From positions 38,733 through 102,732 of the forward strand of contig CAVYAL010000004.1 in the NCBI GenBank assembly GCA_963766505.1: a stretch of DNA of 64,000 nucleotides, given 5' to 3'. The DNA is from an uncultured Gammaproteobacteria bacterium. GTDB taxonomy: Bacteria > Pseudomonadota > Gammaproteobacteria > Steroidobacterales > Steroidobacteraceae. Of the stretch, positions 1 to 10,868 are shown one piece after another. Within the stretch, counting starts at the first letter, position 1; every line of letters starts with the position of its first letter. A program made the translations under genes and the position numbers. The notes beneath the pieces are model-generated. The model was not told where the DNA came from. It made no database searches and worked only from the letters and a program-made list of their open reading frames with translations.

Positions 1-124
1 TGGTCCTTTGGTGTTCCAGGTGCGCAGCCGCTCACCCTTCTTGCAGCGGCTGACCTTGGGGTAGTTGATGAGCCGGACGTCCCCGGTCTTCTTGCTGAAG
101 CAGGCGTAGTACTTCTTGTTCGTG

Positions 125-646
125 CGCATGCGCGCCCACCGCCTCGAAGACCGACACGATGTCCCTGCGCCCGGCACCAGGACGGATCGTCCCGCCATAG
201 ACGAACACGGCGGGGCGATTCAGGCGGGCGATCGCCATCATGCAGCCGGGCATGTTCTTGTCGCAGCCGCCGATTGCCACCAGGCCGTCGAACCCCTGCG
301 CGCCGACGACTGTTTCTATCGAATCCGCGATCACCTCCCGCGACACGAGCGAGTAACGCATGCCCGGCGTGCCCATCGAGATGCCGTCGGAGACCGTGAT
401 CGTGCCGAAGATCGTGCTCTTGCCCCCTGCCCCGTCGGCCCCCGCGGCGGCCGCGTCCGCGAGCTTGTCTATGTGCATGTTGCACGGGGTCAGGTTGCTC
501 CAGGTGGAGGCGACTCCCACCTGCGGCCGCCGGAAATCCCGGTCCGAGAACCCGACGGCCCTGAGCATGGCGCGGCTGGGAGTCTGTTTCACGCCGTCGA
601 AGACGATCTTCGAATGCTCGCGCGGGTCAGGCTTTCGTCGACTCAT
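125..646 (-). pseudogene. ilvD: Dihydroxy-acid dehydratase (IlvD/Edd family), N-terminal ~173 codons only. ORF 32..646 leaves family homology near nt 125.
   Basis: The translation MSRRKPDP...[15 protein letters not shown]...[32 protein letters not shown]...[10 protein letters not shown]...[11 protein letters not shown]...[13 protein letters not shown] is typical of the IlvD N-terminus. The following [17 protein letters not shown]...* tail is not. An AGGAG RBS lies upstream of the ATG at 646. Confidence 0.6.
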
Positions 647-697
647 GGTTCCGGCTCCTGATTGAACGTCGTATTTTGAGCGCTCGGCGTCCGCGGG

Positions 698-1957
698 TCA
701 CGTCCGCCGACCGAGCCCCGGGTAATCACGTCGCATCGCGGTGAATTCCCAGGCACCGAAGCCGACCAGCGCGACCGGGAGCAGCAACGCGAAGCTGCCG
801 CGACCGGCGGCTACCGACTCGAGCAGGTAGTAGGCTGCGACCCCGACCGGCGGCGCCAGCAATCCCCTGATTCCGGTCAGCGTCACGTGCAGCGCCATGT
901 AGCGTGTCTCCTCCCCGCGCGGCGCGAAGTCATTGTGCCCCAGCGTCCAGCCGAGGCTGCCAGCCGCAAGCGAGGTCCCCATCAGCAGCGCGCCCGGGGC
1001 GAGCAGCGCCGGAATCCGCATCAGCACCGCGCAGGCGAGCAGCGCGGCCGCCGCAACCAGCACCCAGCCGTGCACCGAGCGGTAGGCGACGACGTGCACC
1101 CGGTCGAGCAGCGCAGCCCAGGGCGGGACCGCGAACGGCATGACCAGCACCGGCATCGCGGTCGTCACGACGATCTGCAAGAGCGTCGGCAGCGCCAGCA
1201 CCTCGTCCAGCGAGATTACGACCAGCGGCGTCAGCATCAGGTTGCCGGCGCCGAAGATCGACATCGAGTACATGTAGCGACGAAATGCCGGGTCGCTGCG
1301 CAGCAGACCTTTCATCCCCGCGAGGCTGAAGCTCGCACCGGACGCGGTGCGGCTTCGTTCGGCCTCGAGCAGCGACTTCTCGCCACGCACCCGCAGCCGC
1401 GAGAAGGCAGCGCTGCCGGCCAGGCCACAGCCGGCAGCCGCCAGGATCGCAACGCGGAACCATGGTCCGTGCTCATCGACCAGCCACCCCAGCACCAGCC
1501 CCGAAGCGGCGAAGGCCAGCGACGAATAGACCAGGATGCGCCCGGTAATCCGGGCCCTGAGGCGACGCGGGTAGTTCCTGCTCCAGAGCACCGACCGCAC
1601 GGTTTCCACGCCCGCCCACAGCAAGCGGGCCGTGCCGTAGAAGATGAAGAACAGCAGCAGGCCGACACCCTCGGTGGGCAGCAGTGCAAGCGCCCCGACG
1701 CAGACGCTCATCGCCACCAGCAGCGGACGAAGGAACCGGATCTTCGGGCGACCCTGCGCGAGCCGCGCGTAGCCCAGGCTGGCGAGGTTTGCCCAGGCCG
1801 GCGCGGCGCTGACCATGGCCAGCACCAGGTCCACCAGGACCGTCGGCACATCGTCTGCGAAAAGAGCACGGACGATGACCGCGGCGGTACCCCCTTCGAC
1901 GACGCCGAGGCACAGGTAGAGCAGCGCCCAGGCCCGGCGCTCGCGTGCGAGGCTCAT
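698..1957 (-). CDS. MFS-type transporter (polytopic membrane protein)
   Basis: 419-aa ORF with about 12 hydrophobic segments and basic loops. No specific substrate family recognised. Confidence 0.65.
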   Translation of the reverse strand: MSLARERRAWALLYLCLGVVEGGTAAVIVRALFADDVPTVLVDLVLAMVSAAPAWANLASLGYARLAQGRPKIRFLRPLLVAMSVCVGALALLPTEGVGLLLFFIFYGTARLLWAGVETVRSVLWSRNYPRRLRARITGRILVYSSLAFAASGLVLGWLVDEHGPWFRVAILAAAGCGLAGSAAFSRLRVRGEKSLLEAERSRTASGASFSLAGMKGLLRSDPAFRRYMYSMSIFGAGNLMLTPLVVISLDEVLALPTLLQIVVTTAMPVLVMPFAVPPWAALLDRVHVVAYRSVHGWVLVAAAALLACAVLMRIPALLAPGALLMGTSLAAGSLGWTLGHNDFAPRGEETRYMALHVTLTGIRGLLAPPVGVAAYYLLESVAAGRGSFALLLPVALVGFGAWEFTAMRRDYPGLGRRT

Positions 1958-1974
1958 GCGGCCCGCGTACGACT

Positions 1975-3363
1975 TCAGCCGAAGCGCCCGGCCAGCAGCG
2001 CGTAGACCGCCCGCACGGCCTGGGCATCCGCGCCCACCGGCCTGCCGGGACGCTCCTTCGGGTTCCAGGCGAAGACGTCCAGGTGCAGCCAGTCGCTGGA
2101 ATCACTGACGAACTTCCGCAGAAAGAGCGCCGCGATGACCGCTCCGGCGTGAGTGGAGCCGGAAACATTGTTCAGGTCGGCGATCTTGCTCGAGATCTCC
2201 TCCGCGTACCCCTCCCAGAGCGGCATTGCCCACAACGGATCGGCCAGGGCCTCGCCATGACCGAGCAACGCGTCCACGGTCTCCCGACGGGTGCCGAACA
2301 GCGCCGGCAGATCGGGCCCCAGCGCAACCCTGGCCGCCCCGGTGAGCGTCGCCATGTCGATCAGCAATTCCGGGCGCTCGGCGTCCGCGGCGGCCAGCGC
2401 GTCGCAGAGCACGAGCCGTCCCTCGGCGTCCGTGTTGCCGACCTCGACCGTCAGGCCCTTCCGGGTCCGAAGCACGTCACCTGGCCGGTAGGCATTGCCC
2501 GCGATGGCATTTTCTACCGCAGGCACCAGCACCCTGAGCCGCACCGGAAGCGCACTCTCCATGACCATGCGTGCAACCGCCAGCACGCAGGCCGCGCCAC
2601 CCATGTCCTTCTTCATCAGCAGCATCGAGGCCGGGTTCTTGATGTCCAGCCCGCCCGAATCGAAGCACACGCCCTTGCCCACCAGCGTCACGCGCGGATG
2701 CGACGGGTCTCCCCAGCCCAGGTCGATCAGCCTGGGCTCGCAGGCCGCGGCGCGCCCGACGGCATGGATGGCCGGGTAACCCTCCCGCAATGCATCGCCC
2801 CGCACGATGCGCGCTTCGCCGCCACATCGCACGGCAAGCGCCGTGGCCGCGTCGGCCAGCTCGGCGGGACCGAGGTCGCCGGCAGGCGTGTTTATAAGGT
2901 CCCGCGCCATTGCAACTGCAGCCGACATCCGACGCACGTAGGTCATGTCTGCCAGGGCCGGTGGCATCAGCGCGGGCGACGCGCCCTGCCCGTCGGATCT
3001 CGCCTTGTAGCGCTCGAACCGGTACGCCCCGTGGGCCCAGCCGAGCGCGGCCTGCGTCGCCGCCGGGGCCGGCAGTGCGTTCATGATCCGCCAGGACCCG
3101 CCCGGCAGTCGCGATGGCAGTCCCGCGACGTGCCAGGGTTCGAGCTTCTGCAGGTCCACGAGCGGCCCCAGTCCGAGGACCGCTCCGCCCGCCCCGGTGC
3201 CGTCGCCCGGCAGCACGACGAGCTCGTGGCGGGCTGCCCGGAATCGCATCGCCTCGAGCCACGCCCGGGTCGCTGCGGACTGTCCGTCCAGCCAGCCGGA
3301 AAGCTCCTGCTCGGAAACCAGCCACAGCGGCAGCGTCTCGACGGAAGCATCGGTCTCGAACAT
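1975..3363 (-). CDS. Leucyl aminopeptidase family protein (peptidase M17)
   Basis: Carries the M17 signature NTDAEGRLVLCDAL and VGKGVCFDSGGLDIK. The start is set at the internal MFETDASV (ATG 3363), because the ORF's upstream extension is Arg/Ser-rich and non-homologous. Confidence 0.85.
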   Translation of the reverse strand: MFETDASVETLPLWLVSEQELSGWLDGQSAATRAWLEAMRFRAARHELVVLPGDGTGAGGAVLGLGPLVDLQKLEPWHVAGLPSRLPGGSWRIMNALPAPAATQAALGWAHGAYRFERYKARSDGQGASPALMPPALADMTYVRRMSAAVAMARDLINTPAGDLGPAELADAATALAVRCGGEARIVRGDALREGYPAIHAVGRAAACEPRLIDLGWGDPSHPRVTLVGKGVCFDSGGLDIKNPASMLLMKKDMGGAACVLAVARMVMESALPVRLRVLVPAVENAIAGNAYRPGDVLRTRKGLTVEVGNTDAEGRLVLCDALAAADAERPELLIDMATLTGAARVALGPDLPALFGTRRETVDALLGHGEALADPLWAMPLWEGYAEEISSKIADLNNVSGSTHAGAVIAALFLRKFVSDSSDWLHLDVFAWNPKERPGRPVGADAQAVRAVYALLAGRFG

Positions 3364-3431
3364 GCGCAACGTCCCCCGGCTCGGGCATCTTGATCGGCAA
3401 GAGCTTAGCCCAGTTTCTTTTTGCAGTGCGG

Positions 3432-3461
3432 TTGACAATCCGCCACGCGCTGTGATGCTAT
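3432..3461 (+). promoter_or_regulatory. Putative sigma70 promoter of the ilvC-leu operon leader
   Basis: TTGACA at 3432-3437, followed 17-18 nt later by tgtgATGCTAT (weak extended -10-like). It lies about 40 nt upstream of the leader ORF. Confidence 0.4.
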
Positions 3462-3500
3462 CTCCGGCCTCCGGCACCGTTGTTTCAAGTGGATTTCAAG

Positions 3501-3614
3501 ATGGCCCTGTCGTTCGGCGTATCGCGCGAATTCCTGCTGGCGATCCGACTGCCGGGCCTGCTGCTTGGACTCATCGGCCTGCTTCCCATTGGGAGGTGCG
3601 GGGCCGGACACTGA
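3501..3614 (+). CDS. Putative branched-chain amino acid leader peptide (37 aa): [37 protein letters not shown]
   Basis: Short ORF with 10 Leu, 3 Ile and 1 Val, ending 28 nt before an intrinsic terminator. Its last codons overlap the antiterminator arm. There is no clear SD, and alternative in-frame TTG 3480 and GTG 3489 starts exist. Confidence 0.45.
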   Translation: MALSFGVSREFLLAIRLPGLLLGLIGLLPIGRCGAGH

Positions 3615-3641
3615 ACGCGCGAAAGCGTGTAAGTACACCAG

Positions 3642-3683
3642 AAACCCCGCACCGGCCCACAGCCGGGGCGGGGTTTTTCATTT
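3642..3683 (+). terminator. Attenuator (rho-independent terminator) upstream of ilvC
   Basis: aaaCCCCGCaCCGGC-ccaca-GCCGGgGCGGGGttt followed by TTTTTcaTTT. The left arm CCCCGCACC (3645-3653) can alternatively pair with GGTGCGGGG (3595-3603) inside the end of the leader ORF. Confidence 0.65.
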
Positions 3684-3720
3684 CGGAACCACTGATCGTC
3701 GATCTTGCGAGGAGTCACTG

Positions 3721-4710
3721 ATGCGCGCTTATTCGAAGAAGGACGTGAACAAGAAGGCCCTGAAGGGCGCGAGAATCGCCGTGCTGGGCTACGGCAGCCA
3801 GGGCCGGGCGCATGCGCTGAACCTGCGCGATTCCGGCCACGACGTCGTCATCGGCGTGCGTCGCGGCGACAGCTGGAAGAAGGCCAAGAAGGACAAGTTC
3901 AAGGTCATGGAGCCGGCCCGGGCCGTGAAGGAAGCGGCGCTCGTGTCGCTGCTCGCACCGGACCTCGCGCAGCCCGCGATCTACGCGGAAATCGAACCCC
4001 AGCTGGCGGAGGGCTCGGCGCTGCTGTTCGCGCATGGCTTCAACGTCCACTTCGGGCAGATCCGCCCGCGCAAGGACCTGGACGTCGTGCTGATCGCACC
4101 GAAGGGACCCGGTGATCTCGTCCGCCGCCAGTACGAGCAGGGACGCGGAGTGCCGTGCCTGATCGCGGTCTACCAGGACGCCACGGGCAAGGCCAAGGAC
4201 AAGGCGCTGGCCTACGCGGACGGTATCGGCGGCACGCGCGCCGGAGTCATCGAGACGACTTTCGCAGAGGAAACCGAGACCGACCTGTTCGGCGAGCAGG
4301 CCGTGCTCTGCGGAGGCGCGACTGAACTCGTGCTGAAGGGCTACGAGACGCTGGTCGAGGCCGGCTACCAGCCCGAGGTCGCCTACTACGAGTGCCTGCA
4401 CGAACTGAAGCTGATCGTGGACCTGCTGCACGAGGGCGGCATCGCGAAGATGCATCGCTTCATCTCGGAGACCGCGAAGTACGGTGATCTCACCCGCGGA
4501 CCGCGAGTCGTCAACGCGCAGACCAAGAAGGAAATGAAGAAGATCCTCAATGAGGTCCAGGACGGGACCTTCGCCCGGCAGTGGATCCGCGAGAACAAGT
4601 CCGGACGCCGCAGGTACGACGCGCTGATGCGCAAGGACCTCGAGCACCCGATCGAGAAGGTGGGCGTGAAATTGCGCGCCCGCATGCCCTGGTTGAACGA
4701 AGGGAGGTAA
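3721..4710 (+). CDS. ilvC: Ketol-acid reductoisomerase (class I)
   Basis: [39 protein letters not shown]... GGAG RBS 7 nt upstream. Full-length family match. Confidence 0.95.
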   Translation: MRAYSKKDVNKKALKGARIAVLGYGSQGRAHALNLRDSGHDVVIGVRRGDSWKKAKKDKFKVMEPARAVKEAALVSLLAPDLAQPAIYAEIEPQLAEGSALLFAHGFNVHFGQIRPRKDLDVVLIAPKGPGDLVRRQYEQGRGVPCLIAVYQDATGKAKDKALAYADGIGGTRAGVIETTFAEETETDLFGEQAVLCGGATELVLKGYETLVEAGYQPEVAYYECLHELKLIVDLLHEGGIAKMHRFISETAKYGDLTRGPRVVNAQTKKEMKKILNEVQDGTFARQWIRENKSGRRRYDALMRKDLEHPIEKVGVKLRARMPWLNEGR

Positions 4711-4715
4711 GCGCC

Positions 4716-6305
4716 ATGCCCGCCCGCGACCCGAACCGAGTCCTGATTTTCGACACGACGCTGCGCGACGGCGAGCAGTCGCCCGGCTGCAGCATGACGC
4801 AGCCCGAAAAGCTGCGTGTAGCTCGGGCGCTGGCGGAACTCGGCGTGGACATCATCGAGGCCGGCTTCCCGGCCGCTTCGCGCGGCGACTGGGAGGCCGT
4901 GCGCGCGGTCGCGCGCGAGGTGCAGGGCCCTGTGATTGCAGGCCTCGCGCGCTGCAACGCCGGCGACATCGACCGGGCCTGGACCGCGATCGAGGACGCC
5001 GCCCGGCCCCGCCTGCACGTGTTCCTCGCGACCAGCGCGATCCACCGCGAGCACAAGCTGAAGATGGCGAAGGACGAGATCATCCGCACCGCCGTGCAGG
5101 GCGTGCAACTCGCACGCGAGCGCTGCGAGGACGTGGAGTTCTCTCCCGAGGACGCGTCGCGGACCGAGCTCGAGTTCCTCGCTGAAGTCGTCGAGGCTGC
5201 AATCGCAGCGGGCGCCACCACGATCAACGTGCCCGATACGGTCGGATACACCGTGCCCGAGGAATTCTACGAGGTCTTCCAGTACCTGCGTCGCAACGTC
5301 CGCGGTGCCGACGACGTCATCTTCAGCGTGCACTGCCACGACGACCTCGGCATGGCGGTCGCCAACAGCCTCGCGGCCGTGCGTGCCGGCGCGCGCCAGG
5401 TTGAATGCACCATCAACGGCATCGGCGAGCGGGCCGGGAACTGCTCGCTCGAGGAGATCGTGATGGCACTGAAGACGCGGGAGTCCTTCTTCGGGCTGCA
5501 CACCGGGATTGATTCCAGGCGGCTCTTTCCGACCAGTCGACTGCTCTCGAGCGTGACCGGCATGCCGATTCCGCGCAACAAGGCGGTCGTCGGCGAGAAC
5601 GCGTTCGCGCACGAGTCCGGCATCCACCAGCATGGCATGCTGCGGCATCACTCGACCTACGAGATCATGCGCCCGACCGACGTCGGGATGTCCCGCACCA
5701 ATCTCGTTCTCGGCAAGCACAGCGGCCGCCACGCCTTCCGCGACAGGGTCCGTGAGCTTGGCTTCGAACTCGACGATGAGGAGTTCAACCAGGTCTTCGA
5801 GAACTTCAAGGCGCTGGCCGACAAGAAGAAGGAGCTTTTCGACGGTGACATCGAGGCGCTGGTGCTGCGCGCGGAAACCGACGAGAGCGGTCCCTGGGAA
5901 CTCGAGGGCCTGCACGTCGTGAGCGACCCCGCTTCCCCGGCGTCGGCGCGCGTGCACCTGCGGCATTCTGACGGGCGCAAGCTGACGCAGCAGGCCCAGG
6001 GCGACGGCCCGGTCGATGCTGCATTCAAGGCCATCGAGATGGCGACCGGCGTGGATCCGAAGCTGCGGAAGTTCGAGGTGCGAAGCGTATCGGTCGGCGA
6101 GGATGCCCAGGGCGAGGCGGTCGTCACGGTCGAGTACAACGGGCGCGCCTACCGTGGCTCCAGCGTGACCACCGACATCGTCGAATCCGGCGTCAGGGCC
6201 TTCCTCGAGGTCGTGAACCGGATCGAGTCCGCCAGGGCGGTGGCCGCCCGAACCGGCTCGGAGCGGACCGAACCGGAACTGCAGACTGCGGCGTCGGCCA
6301 TCTGA
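4716..6305 (+). CDS. leuA: 2-isopropylmalate synthase
   Basis: [24 protein letters not shown]..., with [17 protein letters not shown] and a C-terminal LeuA dimerisation/regulatory domain. GGGAGG RBS. Confidence 0.95.
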   Translation: MPARDPNRVLIFDTTLRDGEQSPGCSMTQPEKLRVARALAELGVDIIEAGFPAASRGDWEAVRAVAREVQGPVIAGLARCNAGDIDRAWTAIEDAARPRLHVFLATSAIHREHKLKMAKDEIIRTAVQGVQLARERCEDVEFSPEDASRTELEFLAEVVEAAIAAGATTINVPDTVGYTVPEEFYEVFQYLRRNVRGADDVIFSVHCHDDLGMAVANSLAAVRAGARQVECTINGIGERAGNCSLEEIVMALKTRESFFGLHTGIDSRRLFPTSRLLSSVTGMPIPRNKAVVGENAFAHESGIHQHGMLRHHSTYEIMRPTDVGMSRTNLVLGKHSGRHAFRDRVRELGFELDDEEFNQVFENFKALADKKKELFDGDIEALVLRAETDESGPWELEGLHVVSDPASPASARVHLRHSDGRKLTQQAQGDGPVDAAFKAIEMATGVDPKLRKFEVRSVSVGEDAQGEAVVTVEYNGRAYRGSSVTTDIVESGVRAFLEVVNRIESARAVAARTGSERTEPELQTAASAI

Positions 6306-6330
6306 GAAGAGCAGCAGGAGCCGAGCTTCG

Positions 6331-7734
<1,404 letters not shown>

Positions 7735-7761
7735 GCGGCTGTTCGAGGAACCTGAGGACAC

Positions 7762-8337
7762 ATGGAGCCGATCACAACGATACGGTCGCGGACGGTCGTG
7801 ATGCCGTCGAGCAACATCGACACCGACCAGATCATCCCGGCCCGCTTCCTGACGACCACCAGTCGCGAGGGGCTCGGCAAGGCGTTGTTCGCCGACTGGC
7901 GATACGACGCCGATGGCCGATCGCGGCCCGACTTCGTCCTCAACCAGCCGCAGTCGCAGCAATGCCGGATCCTGGTGGCGGGCCCCAACATCGGCTGCGG
8001 TTCCTCGCGTGAGCATGCACCCTGGGCGCTGCTGGACTACGGGTTCCAGGCCGTCATCAGCACGGAGATCGCAGACATCTTCCGCAGCAACAGCCTGAAG
8101 AACGGCCTGCTGCCGGTGGTCGTCGACGAAGCCACGCATCGCTGGCTGCTCGAGCACCCGGGTGCCGAGGTCGAGGTGGACCTGGTCAATACGCTGCTGC
8201 GGCTTGCGGACGGCAGCGAGGCGTCGTTTCCCGTCGAGGCGTTTGCGCGGTACTGCCTGCTTAACGGCGTCGATGAGCTCGGCTACCTGCTGAGCCAGCT
8301 GCCGGCGATCGAGCGCTTCGAGCAGGCGCGCGAATGA
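7762..8337 (+). CDS. leuD: 3-isopropylmalate dehydratase small subunit
   Basis: [13 protein letters not shown] and [17 protein letters not shown]. Adjacent to leuC. Confidence 0.95.
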   Translation: MEPITTIRSRTVVMPSSNIDTDQIIPARFLTTTSREGLGKALFADWRYDADGRSRPDFVLNQPQSQQCRILVAGPNIGCGSSREHAPWALLDYGFQAVISTEIADIFRSNSLKNGLLPVVVDEATHRWLLEHPGAEVEVDLVNTLLRLADGSEASFPVEAFARYCLLNGVDELGYLLSQLPAIERFEQARE

Positions 8338-9401
8338 AAGCCCGGATCACGGTGCTCGGCGGCGACGGCATCGGCCCCGAGGTGACGGCTGCCGGCGTTG
8401 CCGTGCTGCAGTCGGCCGCCAGGCGCTACGGCCACGAATTCGAGTTCACCGAGGCGCTGATCGGCGGGGCCGCCATCGATGCCACGGGCTCCCCGCTGCC
8501 GCCCCGCACGATCGACGCCTGCCGGAGCAGCGACGCGGTGCTGCTCGGCGCGGTCGGCGGACCGAAGTGGTCCGACACGGGCGCGAGGGTGCGTCCCGAG
8601 CAGGGCCTGCTCGAGTTGCGGCGCACGCTCGGGCTGTTCGCCAACATCAGGCCGGTGCGAACGCTGCCGGCCGTGCTCGATGCATCCCCGCTCAAGCGCG
8701 AGGTCGTCGAGGGCGTGGACATCATCGTCGTCAGGGAACTGACGGGCGGCATCTACTTCGGGCGCAAGAGCCGCACCGCCCACGAGGCCGAAGACGTCTG
8801 CACCTACACCAGCGACGAAGTGGCACGCGTGACACGGGTCGCGGCCCGCCTCGCGATGGAGCGCAGCCGCCAGATCGTCTCCGTCGACAAGGCCAACGTG
8901 CTGGAAACCTCCAGGCTCTGGCGTTCCGTCGTCGAAGAGGTCCTGCAGCGCGAATTCCCGGACGTACGCCTCGAGCACATGCTCGTGGATGCCGCCGCGA
9001 TGCATCTGCTCAGGCGGCCACGGTCCTTCGACGTGCTGCTTACCGAGAACATGTTCGGCGACATCCTGACGGACGAAGCCTCGATGCTCGCCGGATCGCT
9101 CGGCTTGCTGCCATCGGCCTCACTCGGGGAAGGACATGCGGGCCTCTATGAGCCGATCCATGGATCGGCTCCGGACATCGCCGGGCGCGGCATTGCCAAT
9201 CCCTACGGTACGATCCTCAGCACCGCATTGCTGCTGCGCCACTCGCTCGGGCTCGAACAGGAAGCCCAGGCGGTCGAGGCAGCGGTGGAGCGCGCGGTAA
9301 ACGACGGGTTCCTGTCGGCAGACATGGCGACCAGTGGCGAACCCACCCACTCGACCGCAGAAATCGGCAGTGCGGTCAGCGCGCGACTCGAGGGTCATTA
9401 G
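8334..9401 (+). CDS. leuB: 3-isopropylmalate dehydrogenase
   Basis: [17 protein letters not shown]..., [30 protein letters not shown] overlap with leuD. Confidence 0.95.
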   Translation: MKARITVLGGDGIGPEVTAAGVAVLQSAARRYGHEFEFTEALIGGAAIDATGSPLPPRTIDACRSSDAVLLGAVGGPKWSDTGARVRPEQGLLELRRTLGLFANIRPVRTLPAVLDASPLKREVVEGVDIIVVRELTGGIYFGRKSRTAHEAEDVCTYTSDEVARVTRVAARLAMERSRQIVSVDKANVLETSRLWRSVVEEVLQREFPDVRLEHMLVDAAAMHLLRRPRSFDVLLTENMFGDILTDEASMLAGSLGLLPSASLGEGHAGLYEPIHGSAPDIAGRGIANPYGTILSTALLLRHSLGLEQEAQAVEAAVERAVNDGFLSADMATSGEPTHSTAEIGSAVSARLEGH

Positions 9402-9499
9402 ATCCATATAAATCAATATCTTATACGTTTTTCCACAGATTACTTATTAAATCTAAAGACTGCCCAGGCGTCTGCGGACCGAGTATTCGGTCAACGGTG

Positions 9500-9528
9500 T
9501 TCAACCCTCGGAAATCAGGCGCTATACT
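9500..9528 (+). promoter_or_regulatory. Sigma70-like promoter, TTCAAC-N17-TATACT
   Basis: -35 TTCAAC at 9500-9505, exact 17-nt spacer, -10 TATACT at 9523-9528. No protein gene follows on this strand. Confidence 0.5.
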
Positions 9529-9534
9529 CCCCGT

Positions 9535-9689
9535 CCGCGCAGGAATCTCATTCCGGCGCGGCCCTGATTCCAGGGCTACCAGTCACGTAGAGTGATGCGG
9601 ACACGAGTCGGGTTAGTCTAGCCTCAGGGAATGAGGCGCTCGGGTCCCGTCCCGGAAGGCCGGCATCAATCGCCGGCCTTTCTTTTTTT
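9535..9689 (+). ncRNA. Candidate small RNA (orphan promoter-to-terminator unit, ~155 nt), family unknown
   Basis: Bounded by the promoter above and a canonical terminator. Contains several hairpins: CCGCGCaGGAAT-ctc-ATTCCgGCGCGG, CCCTG-attc-CAGGG, GCCTCA-gggaa-TGAGGC, and a 5' GTCCGC / GCGGAC closing helix. Only ORFs of 20 codons or fewer without an SD are present. Confidence 0.45.
9656..9689 (+). terminator. Rho-independent terminator
   Basis: AAGGCCGGC-atcaatc-GCCGGCCTT followed by TCTTTTTTT. The U-tract exists only on the + strand. Confidence 0.75.
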
Positions 9690-9693
9690 CTGA

Positions 9694-10866
9694 TCATGCC
9701 TCGATCGCGTGCCCGGCCGCGTCCAGCGCATCGGCAAGGTCACGCAGAAGATCGTCGCCGTCCTCGATCCCTACCGAAAGCCGCAGCAGCGAGTCGGCAA
9801 TACCGGCACGACCTCGCGCCTCCGGATCCATCGCGGCATGGGTCATGCTGGCCGGGTGTGCGACGAGGCTCTCCACCCCGCCGAGCGACTCGGCCAGAGA
9901 GAACAGACGTACCGCACCGAGGAAGGTGCGCACAGCCCCGAGGCCGCCGGCAAGCTCGAAGCTCACCATCGCGCCCGCCGATTGCTGCTGCCGCATTGCG
10001 ATCGAATGTCCGGGATGCGTCTCGAGTCCGGGGAAATAGACCTGCCGGACGGCCCGGTGCCGCTGCAGCATGCTGGCCACCCGCTCGGCGTTCTCCCCAT
10101 GACAGCGCATTCGCGCATGCAGGCTGCGCAGTCCGCGCAGCGTCAGGAAACTGTCGAACGGTGCGCCGGTGACCCCGGTGCAGTTCGCCCACCACGCGAG
10201 ACGCTCGTGGTGCTCGGCGCTGGCCGCAATCACGGCCCCGCCGACCACGTCGCTGTGCCCGTTCAGGTACTTGGTCGTCGAGTGCACGACCAGGTCCGCG
10301 CCCAGCTCCAGCGGGCGCTGCCAGACCGGCGAGAGGAAGGTGTTGTCGGCGACGACCGTCGCGCCCGCGCTTCGCGCCTGCGTCGCGACGGCGCCGATGT
10401 CCACGATCCGCAGCAACGGATTGCTCGGCGTCTCGATCCAGACCATCGCGGGGCCCGCCGCGAACGCCTCGCTCAGCTCCCGGGGCTTCTGGAAATCGAC
10501 GAAGCGCACGCGCAGCGAGCCGCGCTGCGACAGCGCGTTGAAGAGCCGGTAGGTCCCGCCATAGCAGTCGTGCGGAACGACGACGAGCTGCTGCGGAGCG
10601 AGCAGCTGGGTCACGAGGCCGACGGCGGCCATCCCGGACGAGGTGACTACCGCCCCCGCGCCTCCCTCGAGATCGGCCAGCGCGGCGGCGAGCGCATCGC
10701 GCGTCGGATTGCCGGACCGCGAGTAATCGTAGGTCCGCTTCGCGCCGTAGCCTTCGAATGCGAAGGTCGAGCTGAGGTGGATCGGCGGGACCACCGCGCC
10801 GTACTGGGTGTCGGTCTCCAGTGCCGCGCGAACCGTGCGTGTCCTGATCTTCGTTGCGTCGCTCAT
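9694..10866 (-). CDS. metB: Cystathionine gamma-synthase (Cys/Met-metabolism PLP enzyme)
   Basis: Collinear with E. coli MetB as I recall it: QYGAVVPPIHLSSTF, DYSRSGNPTRD, LEGGAGAVVTSSGMAA, HSTTKYLNGHSDVVGG and LAESLGGVESL. Confidence 0.85.
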   Translation of the reverse strand: MSDATKIRTRTVRAALETDTQYGAVVPPIHLSSTFAFEGYGAKRTYDYSRSGNPTRDALAAALADLEGGAGAVVTSSGMAAVGLVTQLLAPQQLVVVPHDCYGGTYRLFNALSQRGSLRVRFVDFQKPRELSEAFAAGPAMVWIETPSNPLLRIVDIGAVATQARSAGATVVADNTFLSPVWQRPLELGADLVVHSTTKYLNGHSDVVGGAVIAASAEHHERLAWWANCTGVTGAPFDSFLTLRGLRSLHARMRCHGENAERVASMLQRHRAVRQVYFPGLETHPGHSIAMRQQQSAGAMVSFELAGGLGAVRTFLGAVRLFSLAESLGGVESLVAHPASMTHAAMDPEARGRAGIADSLLRLSVGIEDGDDLLRDLADALDAAGHAIEA

Positions 10867-10868
10867 TG

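Noticed and set aside
9535-9689. The orphan RNA as SRP (4.5S) RNA, because of a CCGGAAGG string.
   Set aside because: The GGAA lies in the terminator stem rather than at a GNRA apex flanked by the conserved symmetric and asymmetric loops. The rest of the sequence does not match the 4.5S consensus I recall.
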